NCBI RefSeq assembly: GCF_001194135.2
Contig: NC_068999.1
Coordinates: 50,667,103-50,731,102 of the forward strand
Source of the DNA: Octopus bimaculoides
Lineage: Eukaryota
Direction: 5' to 3'
DNA: 64,000 bases
Shown: piece after piece, positions 14,171 through 25,864 of the stretch
Numbering within the stretch: position 1 is the stretch's first letter
How the letters are laid out: each line of letters begins with the position of its first letter
Made by a program: the position numbers and the translations under genes
The notes under the pieces: model-generated
Seen by the model: the letters and a program-made list of their open reading frames with translations, nothing else
What the model was told of the DNA's origin: nothing
Databases searched by the model: none

Positions 14171-14312
14171 ATCGATTACCAACCCGTGTTGGTTTGTTTG
14201 TGTTCCCGTAACATAGTAGTTTAGACAGAAGACACCGTTAGAATAAGTACCGAACTATATAGAAAAAATAAGTACTGGGGTCGAATTATTCAACGTCAGG
14301 ATGCGCCAGCAG
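14171..14312 (+). mobile_element. SINE family A tail fragment
   Basis: ACCAACCCGTGTTGGTTTGTTT...CCCGTAAC...AGAATAAGTACC...AATAAGTACTGGGGTCGA. Confidence 0.65.
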
Positions 14313-14697
14313 AGCGAGCACTTTCTAATGATTCTGTCAATATGCCGCCTTCTTACGGAAGTAGCTATGCATTAATTAACCATATACTGAATTAATCAAA
14401 TATTTAAAGTGACTCAGTCAAAGCCTGGCCTAACCCTAATCTTGTCAGTGCGTGCAGGAATGATCGTTTTACTTAGGCCTTTGTTGATAAGATATTACCG
14501 GATGTCACTCTGATACGGTCTTGTTGTATGGGTAGAAAGCGACGAAAGGGTAGCTACGATGGCCTTTAAGAGTCCATCCTTGACGGGCGATGTCGATGAG
14601 CTTGATGTTCACTTCGACCTTCTTGCTTGTCGATGTCAGTAAAGTGCAGCTTGGGTGTATTTACGAGCTAAACCAATACCTACCTACCATCTCTCCC

Positions 14698-14714
<17 letters not shown>

Positions 14715-14728
<14 letters not shown>

Positions 14729-14735
14729 TACCTCC

Positions 14736-14800
<65 letters not shown>

Positions 14801-14818
14801 ACCTCCCTCCCTCCCCCT

Positions 14819-14851
<33 letters not shown>

Positions 14852-14858
14852 TACCTCC

Positions 14859-14890
<32 letters not shown>

Positions 14891-15123
14891 NNNNNNNNNN
14901 NNNNNNNNNNNNNNNNNNNNNNNNNNNNNNNNNNNNNNNNNNNNNNNNNNNNNNNNNNNNNNNNNNNNNNNNNNNNNNNNNNNNNNNNNNNNNNNNNNNT
15001 ATCTATCTTACCTCCCTCTCTCTCTCTTTATCTATCTTACCTCCCCCCTCTCTCTCTCTCTCACTCTCTATCTATCTTACCTCCCTCCCTCTCTCTCTCT
15101 CTCTCTCTCTATCTATCTTACCT

Positions 15124-15170
<47 letters not shown>
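14715..15170. repeat. Compound minisatellite: (TATC)n-TTACCTCCC-(CT)n units
   Basis: CTTACCTCCC at 14727, 14798, 14850, 15007, 15036, 15076 and 15117, with variable microsatellite spacers and an N-gap. Confidence 0.9.
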
Positions 15171-15171
<1 letters not shown>

Positions 15172-15300
15172 ACCAACCTTTGTGTCTGTGCGCCTGTTAT
15201 GTCTGATTATAATCAGACATAAACCCAAGCTCTCTTTCTGAACCACCCTCTCTATATGTACACATGTGTGAACCTCTCTCTTTCTCTCTCTCTCTCTATT

Positions 15301-15349
<49 letters not shown>

Positions 15350-16269
15350 GTCTGTCTGTCTCTATCTCCATACACACATATACGTGACTGAGCCGTAAAC
15401 ACGTGTTCTGTCGTGACACCGAAGATCTTAGTTGTTGCCAAGGTGGTACTGAAAACTAAAGCAAAGTCCTATGTGCCATCACAAATTTACTTACACTCGA
15501 TTGTCTAATCTACGTCTGTGGGATTTTTTTTCTCTTTGCCCCCTGTCCTTTAACGCTAAGTCATTTGTTGTCTAACAAACCTATTCTGAACGACTTTCCA
15601 ACAGTGACCAATATATATCTTATTGTTGTTGCTTCTGCTCTTGTTACCTAACTTTTGGTCAGTCCCTTTCAGGCACCTGTGTGATACATTCCGTGCTGTT
15701 ATTGCTATACCTACAACACTATTTGAAAGACAACAGGATGAGATGTGAGCATAAGGTAACTGCTATTTCTAGCTGAATAAAAGACCGCCTGGAGGCTCCT
15801 ATGAAGTCACACAACACTTAAAAATTGAACAGCTTATTCAAGGAAACTACAAAATTCTGACATTCTGACGTTGAATGCTTTTGAAAGGCAATTTTGATAT
15901 AGTAATTGCTCGACGACCACTTGCATATTTTGGCTTAACGTTTAGATTATAAACTAATTTCAATCTTAAGCATATTAAACCGCAATTCGGTGCGATTTAC
16001 CTTTTCACCGTATTGGCAAGATGACTATAGGCAAATCTAAATGCAATTTACATCAGACAAATGGTTATATGCGATTATATGCAGGCACATACACGTACGT
16101 ACACGCACCATTACGCACACACGCACACAGCCACACCACACATACACACACAAACACACACACACTCATACACACACAAGCAAATGTATAAATAAGATAC
16201 GTGGTTTAGAAGATTAGGGTGTTGGATTCCAGATTATAGGGACGCAAGGAAGCGTTTTGGAGTCTTAGA

Positions 16270-16440
16270 AAAGATTGACAGCAAAGGACGTTCCAGCCAC
16301 GACCACACCGTTCTCTGCTTAAGCATTTTTAATATGGCTAAGTCTATCTTATCTCTCACACTTCATAAGATACAAGTGAATAATTTGATGGAGATTCGCT
16401 TTCCATTTCAGAGAGGCGGAGACGAGTGACCTTTCTGAGG
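16270..16440 (+). repeat. Old unclassified dispersed repeat (family F relic)
   Basis: ATTTGATGGAGATT.. segment resembles GATTTGAGGGAGATTTGGCCGCTATTTCC at 62574-62601. The motif GCTG(C/T)TATTTC recurs at about 4100, 13355 (minus), 15760 and 61447. Boundaries uncertain. Confidence 0.4.
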
Positions 16441-16733
16441 CTTTCTTGAGTAATTTAATAAAGCGTATGTTCTCTGACGGAAAGCATTGAGGAGTTCAGG
16501 GCTTTCCTAATGTCATATGTGAAATTAAAGCGAGATGAAATCATTGGGTGTTGAGTTTCCAATTTAGAATGTATAGATCCGGTTTCGTTTCGCTGCGAGG
16601 AACATCAATTTGACGTTGATCCATTTTACTTAACTGAAAATGAACACCTGCCAACGAATGGTGTTATCATCTGTCTCTCCAGCAGTGACATTCTCTATGT
16701 TGTCCTGGGTCAGGATTTTGTCTATGTCTGTTC

Positions 16734-16941
16734 TACAGGGTGTCCATAAATTCTGGCGTACATAAAATCATAACATAAACAATCAAATATGAGAAATAAT
16801 AATTTCTTAAAGTATGTGTTAATCCCCATGTGGGTACATGGAGTAAATAAAATCATAACATAAACAATTAAATATAAAAAATAATAGTTTCTTAAAGTAT
16901 GTGTTAACCTCCGTGTACCAAGACTCTGTAGATACCCTGTA
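16734..16941. mobile_element. Tc1/mariner-type MITE with TA target duplication and internal tandem duplication
   Basis: Left TA|CAGGGTGTCCATAAATTCTGGCGTACA; right TGTACCAAGACTCTGTAGATACCCTG|TA (inverted match). The interior carries two copies of an approximately 67-bp unit (AAAATCATAACATAAACAAT...CTTAAAGTATGTGTTAA) at 16764 and 16849. Confidence 0.85.
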
Positions 16942-17370
16942 AATTACATAATCCATAGTATTGACAAAGCCATTGTACATGCAACCAACTCACACGCGCT
17001 TACGAATGACAGATTCGGTCATGGTTTCACGGGGTTAAGTTTGAATGAAGTGCAATCTAAAAGTAGAACGGACAAATTTTTCAGAATCAAAAAGGGACAC
17101 ATTTCAGATAGAGATTATACCTGTACAGACTACATATTTACCGTTTGATAAAGTCACGGACAGGCAATTTCTGCCACAACAGGTGCACGCCCGCCTGTGT
17201 GCTTTTGTATGCACGGGTGTGGGTGTGTGTGTGTGTAAGGGGGCAGATATTCGTACGTATGTATATTAATACATTATAAGAAAGTATCCAAGTCTCTTAA
17301 TGTATATACATATATATACATATATATACATATATATATACATATATATATACATATATATATATATGCA

Positions 17371-17402
<32 letters not shown>

Positions 17403-18076
17403 TTTACACCACCTGTCCTCGTCTGTTGTCATTATTTGTATATTCTCCCATATATATANNNNNNNNNNNNNNNNNNNNNNNNNNNNNNNNNNNNNNNNNN
17501 NNNNNNNNNNNNNNNNNNNNNNNNNNNNNNNNNNNNNNNNNNNNNNNNNNNNNNNNNNNNNNNNNNNNNNNNNNNNNNNNNNNNNNNNNNNNNNNNNNNN
17601 NNNNNNNNNNNNNNNNNNNNNNNNNNNNNNNNNNNNNNNNNNNNNNNNNNNNNNNNNNNNNNNNNNNNTTATGTATTTATCTATTTGACTGCGGACACAT
17701 CATGTCAGATTTCAATACAGTTTCCTGAGATTGACTTAACAACACGTTTAATCCATAAACCTCGTCTGATCTCAAAACATATCGATCACCTAAATATCTC
17801 CCGACAATAAGCCATCAAAATGATTCAAGTTTCACTCGGTTACTCGAAGGCCAATCGTATTTTCGCTACTTTTACTTCTTTTTTCCTTTTCTATTTGTTT
17901 CGTCCTCCTTTATTTATTTATTGTTGCTGTTTGGGGGCTTATTGTTATTTTCGTTATTTGTTTGTTTGCATTTATCTAAAGATGTACCTACTACTGCTTC
18001 TCTAACCAAGGTCAGGGCATCTCCTTTATACGCTGTTAGATCTTTACTTTTTCTCACAAATTATCTATCTGCTTGT

Positions 18077-18153
<77 letters not shown>

Positions 18154-18169
18154 ATATATATATATATAA

Positions 18170-18216
<47 letters not shown>

Positions 18217-18239
18217 ATTGTACAAAAGCACAGAAACAT

Positions 18240-18274
<35 letters not shown>

Positions 18275-18310
18275 CACACAAACATACACACTCATAGAAG
18301 CATTCATATA

Positions 18311-19207
18311 TACAAGGTGCAGTGAATAAGCTGACGTCTAATTTACACAAAAATGAAAATAACACTAATATCTCATTTTAACAGATATATTTACCAAAAT
18401 TACATATAAAATATGTAACGCTAAACAGTAAATTTACTCAATAAAATCACCATTGGCTTCAGAGACGGCCTCCAGACGACTTCGGAATCTCCTGCAACTC
18501 TTCTGGATAGTCTCCTTGTTTCAGTTGGTGAATGCTGCCACAATCCTTGTCTTCGGTTCGCCTTTGGTGTTACAAGAAGTTTTGTTGGTCTCTCGCTCAA
18601 CTGCACCCCACACATTATGATCAAGTGGGTTGCAGTCTGGGGAGTCAGGTGGCCAGATGTTAGGGGTGATGTCGTAGAAATTGTCTGACATATATGACTG
18701 CGTTCTACTGCCTGTGTGAGCAGAGTCCTGTTGCCAGACATAGGGTCTTTCAGCAGCAATCCTTTTCACCCAGGACAGGACCACCTCCTCCAGGCACTTG
18801 ATGTAGGCCTCTAAGTTACCTCTGAGGCCGTGTGAGAAGATGAATGGAGGCATAACATCGTCATCACTAGTGATCACTCCAAACACCATGAACTTCACTG
18901 GATGTTTGATTTTTAACACTCTCAGTACATGACCTCAGAATGCATTTTCATCAGATTGCATCGTCCTCAGATTGACACCCAAACATTCTGAAATGTTCGT
19001 ATTGGTGCATTCGGCGCGAATGCCAGGCAGCACAGCATATCTGTTCCAAATTTCTGACAGAGTGAATTGCGTCATGGTGTTGATTTTCTCACAGACGATG
19101 CCCGACTGACCCTGCAATACTACGTAGTCGACAAAATCAAAAACAAACAATGCACATGCGCGAAATAAAAAATAAAATGGCGACAATTTACCCATCGTAC
19201 CCCGATA
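18311..19207 (-). mobile_element. Internally deleted Tc1/mariner-superfamily DNA transposon (maT/DD37D-like), non-autonomous
   Basis: Transposase remnants on the minus strand (see next feature). Degenerate terminal inverted repeats: left TACAAGGTGCAGTGAATAAGCTGACGTC, right end reverse-complemented TATCGGGGTACGATGGGTAAATTGTCGCC (about 14/25 identical, mismatches mostly transitions). TA at both ends. Confidence 0.85.
18434..19075 (-). pseudogene. Disrupted DDD transposase: N-terminal HTH fragment fused by deletion to the catalytic domain
   Basis: N-terminus MTQFTLSEIWNRYAVLPGIRAECTNTNISECLGVNLRTMQ, then SDENAF* (first-D motif), then KHPVKFMVFGVITSDDDVMPPFIF...YVWQQDSAH...WPPDSPDCNPLDHNVWGAVE...AAFTN*NKETIQKSCRRFRSRLEAVSEANGDFIE*. 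WQQD and SPDxNPxD are Tc1/mariner catalytic motifs. Two in-frame stops and large deletions. Confidence 0.9.
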
Positions 19208-19242
19208 CATACATACATACGTATATACATACATACGTACAT

Positions 19243-19273
<31 letters not shown>

Positions 19274-19358
19274 TACGTTTGTATATGTGTGTGTTTGTGT
19301 GTGCGTGTGTGTGTGTGTATCCATCATTCACTATTTCTCTCTATAACTGTATCTACTT

Positions 19359-19428
<70 letters not shown>

Positions 19429-19856
19429 TATATACAGAAATATATTATTTTCTTCCCCACCTCTCTCTCTGTATGAGTATAAATTTGTATGTACTTGTAT
19501 GTATCTGGGTATAGCTGTCCTGGTTTACAATTGATTTTTGCATTTCACTCCATATTACTCTTTCCGTGCAATTAAATAATCTTTGACTTATTTATTGAGA
19601 CTATTAACCCGGCAGAGATTTGAATGAAAGAAGATAAGAAGGTATCCAGGTGTCAGATATAAATGTTGATCTAGAAGTTGATGTGTGGCAAAAGAGGTGT
19701 TTTTTTAAGATGCGAGTTACGGTGAGAGAAATGAGTATCTGTTCAACTTCTTTCCTTCTACACCAATTATTATACCATGTTACCTCTCACTTCCTCATAT
19801 ATGGGTGTATATGTATATCTATATGTATAATGCCTATATCTAGATCTATGTGTGCG

Positions 19857-19900
<44 letters not shown>

Positions 19901-20286
19901 GACAAAGAAATGGCGGCAATAGGGTTATACAAGTAACAAGATTACTGTGAATGAATAATCGTATATTTCGTAATTTCATACAACCTTATTTCGACATTCA
20001 AAATCTCTATCACATATATTTACTCTCACATGTGTAAACATATCCTGTATACAAACCAATACTGTGAATATATTACATAGACTTTGTGTGCAGACGTAGA
20101 CATGTATGCGTACACAAGAAGAATTATATCTTAAATACAAATAGATCGACAAATAAGTAGACAGCTACGTTTGCATGCACAGATATTCATATTTTGCGCT
20201 GGTATGTGCAACTATCACAGTTTTATCATAATTCTCCAAAAGGATAATAAACAAAACAAAACGAAAACAAACAAGAATTAAGGCGT

Positions 20287-20321
<35 letters not shown>

Positions 20322-20596
20322 NNNNNNNNNNNNNNNNNNNNNNNNNNNNNNNNNNNNNNNNNNNNNNNNNNNNNNNNNNNNNNNNNNNNNNNNNNNNNNN
20401 NNNNNNNNNNNNNNNNNNNNNNNNNNNNNNNNNNNNNNNNNNNNNNNNNNNNNNNNNNNNNNNNNNNNNNNNNNNNNNNNNNNNNNNNNNNNNNNNNNNN
20501 NNNNNNNNNNNNNNNNNNNNNNNNNNNNNNNNNNNNNNNNNNNNNNNNNNNNNNNNNNNNNNNNNNNNNNNNNNNNNNNNNNNNNNNNNNNNNNNN

Positions 20597-20658
<62 letters not shown>

Positions 20659-21237
20659 ATATACAAGTGTTCTCTAAGTGCAATGTGATGTCATAGCAGA
20701 TTCCCATTGGATTAAAGAAGGATTATACAAACAGATTACGCTCGTACAGCCAGACTTATGTATATCTTAGTTTATCCGAATAAACATGCGTTTCAGAGAT
20801 CAATTACTAGTGTCAGAGTGCAACGGTACACAAGTTGACTTCAGTAAGCCTCGACCATCTTTCCTTCGTGCTCGTCAGCAGTCAGGCAACGTCTTAACTA
20901 AGACATTATTACAGCAATGACACCATAAGGAATACGTTCACACTCACACACTCCTATCTATATTTATATCTATATCTATCTATATGTATGTATATATATA
21001 CACATCTACGCAGATATGCATACATGTATATGTATATATATATATTTGTATATATATATATATAATATATATATGTGTGTATATACACACAAGCATGCAA
21101 CCATACACATACACACACACATGAGCATACACACACATATATGTATGCATACATACTTTAAAGAAGACGCAGCATGCAATTAACGAAATAATAATGAGGT
21201 GCATAGTACATAAAGGAAATAAACACGTGGTACTTAC

Positions 21238-21255
21238 ATCTGTAGTTGTAAGTAA
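21238..21255 (-). other. Candidate 18-nt microexon
   Basis: Minus strand cttttttcttctctttttcag|TTACTTACAACTACAGAT|gtaagtac: long polypyrimidine tract, perfect donor, frame-preserving, open in all three frames. Confidence 0.35.
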
Positions 21256-21440
21256 CTGAAAAAGAGAAGAAAAAAGTGAATTTAATGATATTTACAAACA
21301 AATATTCTGCAACAAATAATTACATAATATATGCAAAGAACTGTTATAGATTTATCATTTTAAACCTTAAATTGGGGTGGCACTGCATTACAAATCCTTA
21401 TAAATTTGATTATTACTGATTTCTACATCTATTAATTTTT

Positions 21441-21567
21441 TATCTTGTTCCAGTCATATCATGGTGTGGTACCGCCTTGAAGAAGTTTTAGTCGAACGAA
21501 TCGACTTGTGCTTAGTTATTTTTTAAATCCTGGTAATTTTTCTATCAGTTCTTTTGCCGAACCGCTA
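21441..21567 (-). mobile_element. SINE family A tail fragment
   Basis: CAGTCAT...ACCGCCTTGAAGAAGTTTTAGTCGAACGAATCGAC...TTTTGCCGAACCGCTA. Confidence 0.7.
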
Positions 21568-21600
21568 GAAGTCATGGCTTATAGAGACTAGCATAACTAA

Positions 21601-21752
21601 GTGGTCAAAAAGTGGGCTTTACAACTAAATGGTTTTTTTTGGTTTCCATTATGCAGCACCTTGAGCAAGAGTTTTCTAATTTTGTTCCGGGAAGACCAGA
21701 GGCTTGTGGGTGAATTTGGTAAACTTATACTGTGTAGAAACCCGTTGTATAT
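21601..21752 (+). mobile_element. SINE family A-like head, degenerate
   Basis: GTGGTCAAAAAG...GCAGCACCTTGAGCAAGAG...CTTGTGGGTGAATTTGGTAAAC...AGAAACCCGTTGTATAT. Confidence 0.6.
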
Positions 21753-22465
21753 ATATATATATATNNNNNNNNNNNNNNNNNNNNNNNNNNNNNNNNNNNN
21801 NNNNNNNNNNNNNNNNNNNNNNNNNNNNNNNNNNNNNNNNNNNNNNNNNNNNNNNNNNNNNNNNNNNNNNNNNNNNNNNNNNNNNNNNNNNNNNNNNNNN
21901 NNNNNNNNNNNNNNNNNNNNNNNNNNNNNNNNNNNNNNNNNNNNNNNNNNNNNNNNNNNNNNNNNNNNNNNNNNNNNNNNNNNNNNNNNNNNNNNNNNNN
22001 NNNNNNNNNNNNNNNNNNNNNNNNNNNNNNNNNNNNNNNNNNNNNNNNNNNNNNNNNNNNNNNNNNNNNNNNNNNNNNNNNNNNNNNNNNNNNNNNNNNN
22101 NNNNNNNNNNNNNNNNNNNNNNNNNNNNNNNNNNNNNNNNNNNNNNNNNNNNNNNNNNNNNNNNNNNNNNNNNNNNNNNNNNNNNNNNNNNNNNNNNNNN
22201 NNNNNNNNNNNNTCCATACAACAAAAACACTGTTGCCAAATCATTGATTCTCGAATCCGAATTTCAACATTTTCTTTTGATTTCGCATTCAGAATTTTCC
22301 TAATTTGGGTTATTACAAAACAAACAGTAAAATGAAAACGCGCACGCACGGACTCTTCGTACTAAAACACAGGTGAGCGCATGCGCACACATTTATTACG
22401 TTCGGCTATCTACCTAGTAATCTCCCGAATGTTTCAACATATTTCAATATGATTGTGTGTGTGTA

Positions 22466-22501
<36 letters not shown>

Positions 22502-22715
22502 CATGTATGTATGTATGTATGTATGAGCATATGCATGTATACATACGTATATGTACATACCTACATCTACATGTAGATATCCGGGTACAGAAAGGGGATT
22601 GGTTAACCATGAAACGTTAGATGGTAGGTGTACAAAGAAAGAAAGAGAAAAAGAGAGACAGAGAGAAGGGAAGAGATAGGTGAGAGAGAAAAAGATTATA
22701 TATATATTAATAAAT

Positions 22716-23060
22716 AGGCGCAGGAGTGGTAACTAGCTTGCTTACCAACCACATGGTTCCGGGTGGTACGTTGGGCGAGTGTCTTCTACTATAGCCTCGG
22801 GCCGACCAAAGCCTTGTGAGTGGATTTGGTAGACGGAAACTGAAAGAAGCCCGTCGTATATATGTATATATGTGTGTGTGTGTGTGTGTTTGTCCCTCAA
22901 CATCACTTGACAACCGATGCTGGTATTTTTACGCCCCTGTAACTTAGCAGTTCGGCAAAAAGAGCCCAATTGAATAAGTACTTGGCTTACAAAGAATAAG
23001 TCCTGAGGTCGATTAGCTCGACTAAAGGCGGTGCTCCAGCATGGCCGCAGTCAAATGACT
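22716..23060 (+). mobile_element. SINE family A, near full length (tRNA head, CORE-like segment, microsatellite linker, tail)
   Basis: AGGCGCAGGAGTGG...TGGTTCCGGG head; TTGGGCGAGTGTCTTCTACTATAGCC CORE-like segment; (TA)/(TG) linker; tail ending GCGGTGCTCCAGCATGGCCGCAGTCAAATGACT. Recurs many times in the window. Confidence 0.85.
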
Positions 23061-23257
23061 GGCTCTCTTTTTGATGTAGTTCAACTACGCAAAAAGAAAA
23101 AGCATTTCTTTTCTTCCTTCAACTTAGTCCTCTAATTTCAGTTGTAATAGCATAGTAATAGCAAGTTATAGTTGCAATGGTAGTAGTTGAAGTAATAATA
23201 ATAGTAAGAAGAAAAATAGGAATAAACGTATTATCATTATTATCATTATTATTATTA

Positions 23258-23333
<76 letters not shown>

Positions 23334-23763
23334 GTGATAAATTATCAATTATAAACGATATGAATTCATTTATTTTTTAGATATTCTGTTTNNNNNNNNN
23401 NNNNNNNNNNNNNNNNNNNNNNNNNNNNNNNNNNNNNNNNNNNNNNNNNNNNNNNNNNNNNNNNNNNNNNNNNNNNNNNNNNNNNNNNNNNNNNNNNNNN
23501 NNNNNNNNNNNNNNNNNNNNNNNNNNNNNNNNNNNNNNNNNNNNNNNNNNNNNNNNNNNNNNNNNNNNNNNNNNNNNNNNNNNNNNNNNNNNNNNNNNNN
23601 NNNNNNNNNNNNNNNNNNNNNNNNNNNNNNNNNNNNNNNNNNNNNNNNNNNNNNNNNNNNNNNNNNNNNNNNNNNNNNNNNNNNNNNNNNNNNNNNNNNN
23701 NNNNNNNNNNNNNNNNNNNNNNNNNNNNNNNNNNNNNNNNNNNNNNNNNNNNNNNNNNNNNNN

Positions 23764-23849
<86 letters not shown>

Positions 23850-24057
23850 CTGTGTGTATGAACCTATGTAATATATGTGTGTATGTTTGAGAGAGACAGA
23901 GAGTATGTGTGTGTATGTACGTTGCTTAATGTTGAACGACAAAGAAAGTAATGCTCAATATACAATGTAGAGGATGTAGATTTTTAGTAGTTTCTTAGTT
24001 TCGTCTATTGAAACTCCAGTTCAGTTTTAATAAAAAAACTTTGTGTGTGTTACTTTC

Positions 24058-24091
<34 letters not shown>

Positions 24092-24126
24092 TGTATACAT
24101 ATGAATGTATATATATATACATATTT

Positions 24127-24233
24127 ATATATAGTGAAAAGGAATTTCGTTAAAGAGACTTTCCTCACGTGTATGTATGTATGCATATATATATAGTGAA
24201 ATAGAATTACGTTAAAGTGACTTTCCTCACGTG
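24127..24233. repeat. Approximately 45-bp direct duplication, period about 62
   Basis: ATATAGTGAAAAGGAATTTCGTTAAAGAGACTTTCCTCACGTG versus ATATAGTGAAATAGAATTACGTTAAAGTGACTTTCCTCACGTG. Confidence 0.9.
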
Positions 24234-24411
24234 GCGATTGGTAGTGAAAAAATATATAATTAAAAGAAAGCTAAAAAATATATGTGTATATATATATATA
24301 AAAATGAAAGAATAAACAGAGTCCAACGTAAGAGGGAGCACTATTCGACAGCTGTTTAATGACCACTTTGTACTCTAATACGTTCTTAACGGAATACACC
24401 GCAACTATGTG

Positions 24412-24459
<48 letters not shown>

Positions 24460-25284
24460 NNNNNNNNNNNNNNNNNNNNNNNNNNNNNNNNNNNNNNNNN
24501 NNNNNNNNNNNNNNNNNNNNNNNNNNNNNNNNNNNNNNNNNNNNNNNNNNNNNNNNNNNNNNNNNNNNNNNNNNNNNNNNNNNNNNNNNNNNNNNNNNNN
24601 NNNNNNNNNNNNNNNNNNNNNNNNNNNNNNNNNNNNNNNNNNNNNNNNNNNNNNNNNNNNNNNNNNNNNNNNNNNNNNNNNNNNNNNNNNNNNNNNNNNN
24701 NNNNNNNNNNNNNNNNNNNNNNNNNNNNNNNNNNNNNNNNNNNNNNNNNNNNNNNNNNNNNNNNNNNNNNNNNNNNNNNNNNNNNNNNNNNNNNNNNNNN
24801 NNNNNNNNNNNNNNNNNNNNNNNNNNNNNNNNNNNNNNNNNNNNNNNNNNNNNNNNNNNNNNNNNNNNNNNNNNNNNNNNNNNNNNNNNNNNNNNNNNNN
24901 NNNNNNNNNNNNNNNNNNNNNNNNNNNNNNNNNNNNNNNNNNNNNNNNNNNNNNNNNNNNNNNNNNNNNNNNNNNNNNNNNNNNNNNNNNNNNNNNNNNN
25001 NNNNNNNNNNNNNNNNNNNNNNNNNNNNNNNNNNNNNNNNNNNNNNNNNNNNNNNNNNNNNNNNNNNNNNNNNNNNNNNNNNNNNNNNNNNNNNNNNNNN
25101 NNNNNNNNNNNNNNNNNNNNNNNNNNNNNNNNNNNNNNNNNNNNNNNNNNNNNNNNNNNNNNNNNNNNNNNNNNNNNNNNNNNNNNNNNNNNNNNNNNNN
25201 NNNNNNNNNNNNNNNNNNNNNNNNNNNNNNNNNNNNNNNNNNNNNNNNNNNNNNNNNNNNNNNNNNNNNNNNNNNNNNNNNNNN

Positions 25285-25318
<34 letters not shown>

Positions 25319-25820
25319 AGAGAGGGGGAGGGAGAGGGAAAGGGAAAACAAGGGAGAAAACCAGACAAGAAACGAGCCAACATTTGCTGGTTGAAACCCA
25401 ATTATGTAAGATTTCAGATATTGGAATTTCTCCGAATTTTACTCGTTTTAATTATTATAGACACGTCAGGAACATACGTTGTCTTCTATGGAAACTATCA
25501 TTGTCCAAGCACTAAACCTCCATTGAGGACTCTCATCGCTTAGCCAATATTTAAGCTCGATTGTCTATCAAAGCCGTATCACTTTCTTCTATAGAAATAT
25601 AAAGCGCTGCTAAATGCTTGTATTCTTTGCGTCTAGAATCATCGGCCTACAGAGTTGATTAGTAGTACTGAGTCAACATAAAGGACCTACAGTAGGGAAC
25701 TGAAAAAGAACTTCGACGCAGATCCCGTCTATTCGGCTATGAATCGTTTTGAGATCGAACGACGAGAGAGAAGTCGAAAGAGAGACGGATGTGTGAGTTG
25801 AGGAAGAAGTCATAGAGAGA

Positions 25821-25864
<44 letters not shown>

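Noticed and set aside
14428-14439. CTAACCCTAA telomere-like word
   Set aside because: Under two units; no array.
23166-23380. Poly-I, poly-L, poly-K, poly-Y and poly-S ORFs (also 29081-29653, 33742-33963, 35201-35570, 43014-43484, 58240-58744)
   Set aside because: Translations of trinucleotide microsatellites with no flanking domain.
24271-25543. Very long ORFs (up to 394 aa) in the track, also at 6168-7016, 40360-41530 and 59317-60169
   Set aside because: They read through N-gaps and (TA)n or (CA)n tracts; translation artefacts.
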